From the NCBI GenBank assembly GCA_004764695.1, contig SMSO01000031.1, positions 4,440,436-4,504,435 on the forward strand: a DNA stretch of 64,000 nt, given 5' to 3'. Numbering within the stretch: position 1 is the first letter of the stretch; the number at the start of each line of letters is the position of its first letter. This document shows positions 34,748 to 44,982 of the stretch, piece after piece. Below the pieces are notes generated by a model that made no database searches, was not told the DNA's origin, and saw nothing but the letters and a program-made list of their open reading frames with translations. The translations under genes were made by a program, and so were the position numbers. This stretch comes from Schizochytrium sp. TIO01. Lineage: Eukaryota; Protista; Bigyra: Labyrinthulomycetes.

Positions 34748-35875
34748 ATGTCGCTCCGCGAGCAGATTAGTGAAGGGGTCCGAGCTGTCGTAGCCGCTAT
34801 GAAAAGAGAACCGTACTACAATCCTCAAGCAGGACCTCTTCCCAAGGATATGTGGTCGATTCAAAGCTTGGAGAAAGGTAAGGTTACTCTGAAGAAGGTC
34901 CCTGTACCAGTTCCCAAAGACGGCGAAGTCCTTGTCAAAGTTCACTATTCCCCTGTGCATCCGCACGATGTAAACTTCGCAATGAACTTTGTGAACTACG
35001 GCGATGAACCTAAACTTCCTCATGGAAATGGAACAGAAGGCAGCGGATTCATTGTCGCCTCGGGCGGAGGGATCATGGGTCACTATCATTCAAGAATGAT
35101 GACAAAGGTATGTGCTCTAGCCTCGACCCCACAGGTCTGGTCAGAGTATGCAGTCACTAGTCTGGAGCAGACGATGCCTCTTGACGAGAAGATGAGCTTG
35201 AAAAAAGGCGCAGCTTGCCTTATCAATCCCCCCACTGCTGTGACGATGATCACGTTGGCTAAAGAGGGAGGGCACAAAGCATTGGTAATTTCCCCTGCAA
35301 GCTCTCAAGTTGGCCTGCAAACTGCTCGTGCAGCATCGAAATTTGGCTTGCAAACAGTCTGCATTGTACGTGGTGAAAAGAATGTCCAAAAAGTCAAGGA
35401 ACAAGCTAATCATCCAGAGGACTTGATTATTCGCAATGATGTCAGCACATTTCAAGAGGACCTGAAGAAGGCCATCGAAAAAACAGGTGCGACAATCTCC
35501 TTTGACGCAATTGCTGGCAAGCTATCAAGCCAGATTTACTCATGCATGCCAGAAACCTCAACCGTTTATTATTTTGGAAATATTGGAGGTGAGGGTGTCC
35601 CCGATGAGCTTCAGGGAAAAGAAGATGACCCCAAGAAACCGTTCATGCTGCTTCATGCGCCCCGATGGATGGAAAAGGTGCCCGGTCGGAAAAAGAAAAT
35701 CTATGACGAGGTGTCTAAGTGGGTAGGAGGCGAGCTCTCAACGGAGTTTACTCAAGAGATTGAGCTAACGGACCAAACGCTTGTTGATACCATTAACGCT
35801 CTTGGGGAAAGTTATAAAAGTGGAAAAGTACTGATCAGAATGCCTGATTCAATGACGGCAACGCCTCACGAGTAG
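34748..35875 (+). CDS. Medium-chain dehydrogenase/reductase (zinc-independent, quinone/enoyl-thioester reductase-like)
   Basis: PVPVPKDGEVLVKVHYSPVHPHD, GTEGSGFIVASG, WSEY, LINPPTA, ASSQVG dinucleotide-binding variant, FDAIAG and terminal GKVLI. No Zn-ligand Cys cluster. Confidence 0.88.
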   Translation: MSLREQISEGVRAVVAAMKREPYYNPQAGPLPKDMWSIQSLEKGKVTLKKVPVPVPKDGEVLVKVHYSPVHPHDVNFAMNFVNYGDEPKLPHGNGTEGSGFIVASGGGIMGHYHSRMMTKVCALASTPQVWSEYAVTSLEQTMPLDEKMSLKKGAACLINPPTAVTMITLAKEGGHKALVISPASSQVGLQTARAASKFGLQTVCIVRGEKNVQKVKEQANHPEDLIIRNDVSTFQEDLKKAIEKTGATISFDAIAGKLSSQIYSCMPETSTVYYFGNIGGEGVPDELQGKEDDPKKPFMLLHAPRWMEKVPGRKKKIYDEVSKWVGGELSTEFTQEIELTDQTLVDTINALGESYKSGKVLIRMPDSMTATPHE

Positions 35876-36534
35876 ATTTTCTAACCTGGTTTACAAACAG
35901 GCCGATCCTAGAACTTTATCATAATATGAAATTATATCTTCATCATAAACCTTACCATCTGTAGATTGAACCGCTTGGATGAATCGACGTTGGTTGCGTT
36001 CTCCGCATTTACAATTGACTCTAATAGCAGTACGCGTCATCTCTAAGTTTCCCATATCCGTTAAACAATTTTGAGCCCATCTCACAGAAAGAGCAGGAAA
36101 AAGATAGAGAGGCTCCCGTGGTATAAACTGCTCTCATGAATCAGAACCACTGTAGCTGCAACAAAACGTTAACTAATTGCCAGGTGGCAGATGCCATGAT
36201 AACACAGTGTCTTTAACCTTGAGTAACTTTAACTTCCCATAACTTGAAAGAGTGGGGAAGAAAAAATTAATAAACTATGATTAAATGATCTAGGAAATAC
36301 TGTAACGGACCTTTTTAGTAGGCACTAGAACTTTCTAACCATCAGTTGGTACTTTTGCAACTAGTACACATGTCACGAATATTGTGTTCCCTATCACCCT
36401 TTTGCATTCATAGGAGAAACAGGCAAGAACGCATCTCTACCTTGTCTGAAAGGGTAAACAAACAGCTCGAGTGACATGATAGTCCCGAGCAAAACTCTAT
36501 AGAAGCACGGTTGCTACCGCACGTGTGCTCGAGT

Positions 36535-38394
36535 ATGAGCGAGGATACCACGAATGAAGCATGTTCGCTTCACTCAAGCCTCGACACAATATGGCTTCTA
36601 CTGAACGCTGTTCTCATCTTAACAATGTAGGTTGCTTCGCACAGAAAAACTCGATATCTGAATGAAGAACGTATCTAACAAGGTTCATTTCGATATCAAT
36701 ATATTTTCGGCGTTTACAGGCAAGGTGGATTTGCTCTCTTAGAAGCTGGTAGTATCCGCAGTCTAAACGCAGTCAATATTTTATTCAAAAATTATGCGGA
36801 TCTTGCAGTGGGCGGGATTGCATATTGGATGACAGGGTACGGGATCGCCTATGGAGAAACCTATGAAGGTCTGATAGGCACAACAGGCTTTTTCCCCAGT
36901 GGGACCTTTGATTTTGCCACCTGGTTTTTCCAGCTTTCCTTTGCTGCAACAGCTGCAACGATTGACTCTGGTGCTGTAGTGGAGAGAATGAAGCTCCCAG
37001 TATACATAGGCCTTTCATTTATGATCACGGCGTGGACCTATCCTGTTGTTTGCCACTGGGCATGGGGTGATGGATGGCTTAACAACATGAATTTCATTGA
37101 CTTTGCGGGTACTAGTGTCGTCCATACGCTTGGAGGAACCTCTGGGTTTTGGTGTACTTACCTTCTAGGACCTCGGCTTGGCATCTTGGGCAAGAAGGTC
37201 CCACCGGAGCTCGCTTTCACAGAAGAGCAAGTTCTTATTACCCATTCTGTCTTTCATGGCGACGCGGGAAACATTATTCTAGGAACTCTTATTCTTTTGA
37301 TAGGATGGTATGGTTTTAATTGTGGAAGTACTGGTGGCGTCGAAGACCATTTGAACATCGTAGCAGGCCATGTGGCATTCACTACAACCTTGGGGGCTTG
37401 CTTTGGAGCAGTTGTTGGAAGTACATATTCTATATATCGAAAACAGTTTGCCCATCCAGGTGTTTGCAGTATGGGTCTTCTTGCTGGTCTTGTATCAATT
37501 ACGAGTTCCCCAGATTACATATCTGGCTGGGGTGCAGCACTTGCTGGATCTATTGGATCTATTTTGTGTGTTGTAGTTCATGATAATCTTGGTCGATTCC
37601 GAATAGATGACCCCGTAGGTGTTATCGGTGTTCACTTTATTGCTGGATGTTGGGGAACTTTAGTTCCTGGATTTTTTTTGACTGATCAACCATGCAGGTC
37701 CGAGGCGCCTGCTCACTATGGCCTTTTCTATGGTGGGGGGTTTACGCAACTTGGGATTCAGCTCTTAGGGTTGATTAGTATTATTGCGTGGGCCAGTGTA
37801 AATACAATCATCTACTGGGTTGTCTTAGAACGCGTTTGCGGCGTGGAAATGCGTGTCTCTGCTTTGCAAGAAATAGTCGGCAATGATCTTGTTGAGCATG
37901 GCGTAGATTCGTTTGCGCGTATCAAGGCGATTCGCCAGTTTCAGGACATCATCATGAAAATGTCCTCTGACCCCAAGTCCTCTGGCTATTTTGCATCACC
38001 AGACTTTCAACAAACGTCAATCGCACCACGGGATTTCTCTGAGCAAATTAACACAACCCGCGATGAAACGGATACTTTTGATGAAAAACAACAATCAGGC
38101 AAATTAAAGCCAGCAGTTCAACCTCGAAGTCCAGCAGCCCCTGCAGGATATTTGTCTAAATATCGAGGTCCTGTTGGAAATGGGCCTGCTGCGATCGCCA
38201 AGGCCTTATTAGCTGCAGCAAACCATCAATCTTTCGAAAAGAATGATGGAGAAAGCGCAGCAGTTCATCCATCTTCTTTGCCACCATTACCAACTGCTGA
38301 AGGCTCTTCGTTTAAGATATCAAAAAGTGGCACATATGGAAGCGCTAAAAGAAGTATGCTGCTTAATGGTTTTGACAAGGAGGATGGCACATAA
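36535..38394 (+). CDS. AMT: Ammonium transporter (Amt/Mep family), 2 exons (36535-36626, 36720-38394), long cytosolic C-terminal tail
   Basis: Splicing restores DTIWLLLNAVLILT-MQGGFALLEAGSIR. Other motifs: FFQLSFAATAATIDSGAVVER, DFAGTSVVH, GPR, GWYGFNCGS, IDDPVGVIGVH (twin His) and EIVGNDLVEHG. Confidence 0.95.
36627..36719 (+). other. Spliceosomal intron (93 nt) in AMT
   Basis: GTAGGT...TACAG. Removal rebuilds the ATG codon of the conserved MQxGF motif. Confidence 0.85.
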
Positions 38395-40075
38395 CAATGC
38401 TCTTGTAAATTGTCCGCCTTTGCTTTACTATAATTTTCTAAGTTATAAGTAGTACAATATATGCATATTTGGCTGCAAAGACTTATTCTCCCACAAAGAT
38501 CTCTTAGATTCAAATTCTGTTCGCAAGCTGAGTGATTCATGTCTGGCTCTTGAAGCACAGATTAATGATGCATCGCAAAGTTTCCGTTCCGGATGGGTTC
38601 CTCACCGAACCATTAACAGTAACTAAGGAATTATCGCGAAGAAGATCTAAATTGTCGTCATTGACCCTAGCGTAGCATTGGGATGGAGCTCGGTGATGTG
38701 CTCATCGAGCCCCGAGGCCGGTGTTAGTTGTAGAAAGAAAAGCACCAGCCATTGCACTCTCCTGAAACACTCTCTTCTGAACACATATTCTCCTAACAAT
38801 CTCTTGTCATAGCACCGCATACAAACTGTTCCCTTGCCCGCGCTCGGGCGCAACAGACTGAATCTGAACGTTCCCTTCAACTTTGATTCTCGAAGTCAGC
38901 TTCCCAAGAACCTTGAAGAATCGTTCAAGACATTTCTCGAAACCATTCGCAGTCACTTTCGACCCTATCTCAGCAGTTCCGACTATTTCATGATATCCTC
39001 TCTTTTCCCAATACTACGACTTTTCCCGAATTCCTTATCACCAGCACACCGTGCTGGATGAACCCTTGACCGCCGCCTTCCAGGCCATCTTGCCGACGTT
39101 CCCCCAATGCGATAGATGGGCCATATGGGGCGAACTAAGGCGTAATACATTGCTCAATCCACAGTGTAGTATCAGTTTCATCGCTTTTTAGAGTTGGTTT
39201 TTGCCAAGGTCTTCCTTCTTAAGCTAACCCATCTTCAGATTTTTCAAGGCGATGATTAACTGTGTGGCATTCTCGCGAGTCCAAGGCCGTTGTGGTCGAT
39301 GCGGAGGATATCTCTATAACCCTCTCAAGACCTTGGATTGTGAACTGCAGATACGCAAGTCTTTTGTTGAAACTTCGTTATTATCGTCCCAAGGCAAAAC
39401 AAACCTTTGTGTGGGATTGGATTAGCCTTTGATTTGAGTGTATGTATGCACTAAGCGTGAAACTTGTCTATTTAGAGAGGGGGGCCAGAACGCTCCGCAA
39501 ACGCACCTGCCTGAGGCACCTTCCCTTCACCCAGGGCGCTGCGAACCTGTAGGCTGTGAGGCTTTAATGCCGCGAGACCCTGTAGTTCCACATTTTACTG
39601 CGCGACAGAGTGTCTTCAGAGTAGGTCCTGAGCGCAGAAGTTGTTGAGACTTTCTAGAGCAATTTTGCGCATTCCTAGCCATTCCTGTAGAGCACCCTAA
39701 GGAGTTCACACCCTCGAGAGCTTGGACTCCTATGGCACACGTAGAGTTACGACTAGGAGTTGGGATAGATAGCTCTGCTTTGCATTATTTGTTCTTCGAC
39801 AAGAGCCAGGACTGCGTAGAGCAAACCCAGAACTTGGCAGAACAGTGCAGCGCGCGACTCAGAAGGAGCTAGCAGCAGCAGCACGAGAAGAGGCGGCAGC
39901 ATTGACATCATTTGAGGTGTAGAGCTTTGTAGACGGACAAGCGAACAAGACCGCCTTGGGCTGGCGGAAAAAGAGACTCGAGCAAACTTTGGGTAGCTTG
40001 TTTGTTTGATTTAGTGTCTCTAAATTTTCTTCTTCTGAGGTTTTTCCGCCCCTTCGGCAACAGCAACGGCGGAAG

Positions 40076-42005
40076 ATGAACGAGTCTTTTGCTATGGACG
40101 AAATGAGCTCGAGCCCGCTCTCAAACGGAGCTCCCTTGCCAACACCAGAACGTGAAGGCTCGGTTAGCCATAGCGAGAACTCAAGCGGAGGTCAAAGTCA
40201 AAGTCAATTAGGCACTCAGGACTCAGCACAGCGTCTAAGTCAAGACCAGAATCAGACTCAAGAGCAAGAACAGCAAGGCGCCGAGGAGCTTCTGCGTGAG
40301 GCATTCCGGTTTTACATGGTCATGCCTGTTTTTTTTGCAAGTCATAGCACGATGATAGGAGGTGAGGAGCGCTCAGGACCACCGCCGACACCAAAGAGTG
40401 TTGTGGAGAAGCTGGTGAGGACTAAGGTTGGCGAAAAAGGCTGCCCTATACCTTCATTGGCTTCGGCACCTGGAGAGCTGCCTTCTTGTAGTGTTTGCTT
40501 ATGTGAATTTGAGAAAGATGAAGATATCATCGAACTCCCATGTAAACATGTATTCCACGCTGGGTGTGTTACCAGCTGGCTCGAACGTCATAACTCTTGC
40601 CCAAACTGCAGATCTGCTATACCTGTGCCTGAAGATAATGAAAATAATACGACCCGTACTTCAGGAGAGAATGTAAGAACAGAGCAACCTGATAGTGAAG
40701 CGATTGCAGCTGCCCGTGCTGTAGCAGAGCAGATGATGGAGCAGTACATGCGCTCCTTTTCCGAAGCCATGATCAATATTTTCCAAAATCAGCAAGAGGA
40801 TGATGATCAACAGCAAGGGCCACAACTACAAAACTCAGACCATACAAGGAGCGAAGAGGGTCGTACCACTGGAACGAGTGCTATAGAGAGGGGCCTAGGC
40901 CATCCAGAGTTAGGGCAACTTCAGACGGGGACCCGCAGAGGTCTTTCAAATGTTTCATATCCCGTAAATTCTACCGAGCGTAATGCTGCTGCCCTGGCCA
41001 GGGCTGAAGGTATTACCCGCCAAAGTAGCTTTGCAGAAGGCTTACGCAGGGCTTTTGGAGGCCGCCTATCGACAACGCGGACGCACATTGACTCAAGCCA
41101 GCCGGGTGCAACGCGTCGTGCGCAAGGTAGCGCTACACGGCGTGACCTAATTGGCCAACGAAGCTCTGCATCTAGAAGAGTAATTCCATCGTCTTCTTCT
41201 TCTTCTTCTTCTGCAAATAGGAGTGGGGATTCTCTACAATCTAGCTTTGTGCAAGGCTTGCGGCGTGCCTTTGGAAATCAATCAACTCCTATAAACAACT
41301 CTGGTTCTTCCTCATCTTCGTCTTCATCTTCATCTTCTGCGAAACACAGATGGTATTTCTCGGCAATCTAGCTTTGCTGAGGGCTTACGGCGAGCATTTA
41401 CAAGTCGAGCAACCCCTTCGAGAGCGAGTACGAACCAACAACGACGTGCGCAACAACAACGCAGACAGGCGCACGCGGCGTCTATCCAAACTATCCCGAG
41501 TGGTCCACTTTCTACACAACGTGCTGCTGAACAGAGCGCGTTGTTGAATTCTACAACTCGCCAACAGTCAAGAACACCAATCGGGTCGGATACTTCTCAA
41601 AACTCTTATGTTCACTGGTTGCACCCTCTAGCATCACAAGTGTTTAATCTCAGCCCGCGATCATCTAGGTTATCATCCTCACCAACGTTGGACACTTCTG
41701 CAGCCTCCGGTACCTCGGAACAGCGACGTGTGAAACGCCGTCGAGTGAATTCTGGAGGTGACCACAATGCTTCATTGTGTGGAGTTTCTCAAGCAGCTTC
41801 ATCCGCTTCTGCCGGTACTCAAAACTTACTTGATACTTGCATTGAGGACAATCAAAATCGGGAAGAACTAATGAGCTGTTCAATAAGTACGTTGAAGCGC
41901 CTACTCAAAGGGTGCAAGGTGGACTTTTCAACTTGTATCGAAAAACACGAACTTGTTGACCTACTTTTAAAGGCTACAGAGAACCATCACTCTGAGCAAA
42001 TGTAA
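40076..42005 (+). CDS. RING-H2 E3 ubiquitin ligase with triplicated SSFxxGLRRAF motif and C-terminal HeH/SAP-like domain; needs a +1 frame correction at 41342-41344
   Basis: CSVCLCEF...ELPCKHVFHAGCVTSWLERHNSCPNCR (C3H2C3), preceded by GPPPTPKSVVEKL as in RNF126/RNF181-type RINGs. The +1 frame from ~41345 is open into ORF 41541..42005. It ends with LMSCSISTLKRLLKGCKVDFSTCIEKHELVDLL. Confidence 0.85.
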
Positions 42006-44982
42006 ATCATTACGCATTGGCAATGCAGGGTTGTAGATTTAATCAACATTTGACTGTAATTATAGCTATTCTGTAAATAACTATTAAATCATCGTATTAT
42101 TGAAAATATACTCACTCGCTGCTAGCTTGTGCAATCTACTGCAGCATTGAGCATAAGCTGCGCACAGCTGCGAATAAGTTATCTCCTATGGACTTAAAAA
42201 CAATACATTGTATTGAACACAAGGTATTAGATGGTACAAATTTAGCATGCTCAAATACTCAAAATAAATTTCTTACCTTTCAAATTTTTAATAGTTCTAA
42301 GGTTGAGATAATAACTTCTTGATTATTCTTGTTTTAATTAATTAACAAGCACTTACGCTAAAGTAATGGACATAGCCACTGACTGGCAAGAACAAGCTCT
42401 CTTTTCTATTTTTTAAAATTTAACAAAACGATTCTCTAAGCCCAGATGTTACAGTTTAATACTATTACATGCATATAAGTAGATACAAATGAGACTATGA
42501 AAAAAGGAGAGATTGTGCATTACAAAAAACTTAGTGACTGGAAGTTAAAACATCCTCCACCAAAACTTCATGGCAACTCGTTTGATTGTACCATCAAATC
42601 TGATAGGTCATGTAAATGATAGAACCTGAAGCGTGTTTATCTATTGCGTACTACCGCATGGCAGGTAGTATTATTAGGCAATCGCGTTTGAAAATCGATC
42701 TCCTACATTACCAGAGACGCCCACGGTACCTACCTACCTACCTGGTCCGTTTCCCTGTTTCTCTGACTCCAAGTCTACACACGCTAAGCAATCTACATTT
42801 GATAGATTCTAATTTTTATTTTTAATAATATTTAAATTAGCGTGCGTGTACGACACTGATGTCGCACTGTTTATAATAAGAGAGGACCAGTTTAACTTTT
42901 CACGTAGGTATTCCATAATTTTCAACTCAGAAGCTGCGACCCTCGAAGGGTGGGCGCACGCCATGTGCCACTTCTCTACTCTAGCATCCTAGCACGTGGT
43001 GTAGTTCTAATATATCATTTTACTGGACCTGATAACGAATCAGCTGGTAGTAGTTATAGGTATTTCTGGCCAAGTCTTTTTCATTTGCGCAGGCTGCAAT
43101 GTCAAAAGCATTCGGTCCTTATTCTGATTGAAAAACAAAAACTATATCAAATACCTTTCTTGGTATTAATGGTGACTAGGTCAAACCGGAGAAGCTAAAT
43201 ACCTAGAATAAGCCTTGCGCTAAATCTGCGAAGCTTGGCTCTGGCCAAGCTACACTACACGTTCTAGCCTGACGGAGATGCTTGGTGATCTTGTACATAC
43301 CTACCTACTAAATCCCGCCCTCGCACACGAAAGAAGTCATAGGAAAATAAGTGTCAATTCTTCCTCCAAAATTTGAAGGAGTGAAATTTGGTCTTCGGAG
43401 CTGAGTTGGCTGCTTCGGCGAGCTGGCGTGCGCCCTGCTCCAGTAGCAAGCTCGCGGACCAGTCACGGCTGCGGAGCGGATTCGAAGTCTTTGCATCACG
43501 GAGCCCAACCCCTCAGAAAAGCGATTGATCAAGACGGACATCTGACCTTCTGAATTTGCACATTCGCTTGCATTACAATCTGAACCTTTTAGTGTGCAAA
43601 TCGTGAAACACGGACTCCAGACTTGAGTGGCTGGTTTTGCTACTGGTGCCACAAGTCCGAGTTGCAATGTCCACGAGCAGAACCTTGCAAGCTGTATATG
43701 AAAACATATATATATATATATATATGATCGGGTCGAGATGAGTGAGGTAAAACCACAAGTTTGGCGAGGAGCGAGAGAGGGATTTTGCTGTATTTTCTCG
43801 CTATTGGGTGATTATTAATTAATACTTAATATTGCATCCGCTGGCGTTTGAAATTCCGGTATCATATTAGCAAAGCTTGTGCACCACACTTTGCCTGCAT
43901 TGCATATATATGCCATGCTTCCAACGGGCTTTCACTATTACAGGCATCGTTGCTTTTTGCAAATTTAAAACCCGAGTCGTGCATTCTTTTGTGGTGCTGC
44001 CTAAGCCCCTTTTGTATCATAGATCTAGCTCTTGAATCTTTATTGGAGAGTCATTGAAATATACAATCAAATTTTTGTGTGGTGATTCGCATCATATCAA
44101 AATCAATCGCTCAATCTCTCTACTTCACCTTGAGGAGTCAAGCCAAAACTTTATTTTTCGTGTCGCAATAGTGTCGTTGCTCTCCAGGGTGTGTACATCT
44201 CATGTCACTAGACACATAGACGGAGTCTCTTCGATCCACACCTAGCTCCAATTCCCAATTAGCTATAGCTCCTCACACTCCACTGGCCATACTAATGAAC
44301 TACAGAATTTAGATATTTCAAAACCTTACTCTACAATGAAATGCACACAATACAGTCTTCACTGTCACTAAAAACCTCAGTGGTGCTAGGAGGGGAAAGA
44401 GTTTTGCAAGTGAGGTTTTGAAAGAGGGGGGGGAATTGCAGTGGAGGAGGTTGGTTGCACACCTAGGCAGGAAGAGCGCGGCGGCTCTGTAGCCTAATCG
44501 TACGAGAAAACTCTGACTAAAACAAGAGACCTTTCAAGCTTAAACAGTTTAGCGCCATGTGCGCGTGCAACTTTGGAAGGAAGCAAACTAAGAGGTCCTT
44601 ACAGAGAGTTAACATATTTTAGAATGAAAAAGAAAAAGGAGCTTTAAATATATTTTCATCAAATGTGGTAAAAGGAGTAAATCGACATAATCAATTTTCA
44701 ACTTTGCAATCCATCTATTGATCAATCAGCAATCGAACAATCAGAGAGACAACCAATACAACAATATATCGATCTTCAATTGATCGGGCGCAACTTCGTG
44801 CCCGGTTGGTGATTTGCTTGCGCACGGCGCGGTCCCCTTGCCTGTTCGTGGGAGAGCAACGGGGTCTGGATCGCCCATTTAGAAGTGCTCGTGAGGGAGA
44901 GCTGAAAAATTAAGCAAAGCGCGTAAAGCAAAACTGAATAGTAGAAACCGGGTCGTCGCCTGCAAAGTTATCTTGTGCAAGG

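Noticed and set aside
38640-39360. Possible transposon or Myb pseudogene relic on the minus strand
   Set aside because: Stop frequency is about random, and no RT, integrase or transposase motifs were seen.
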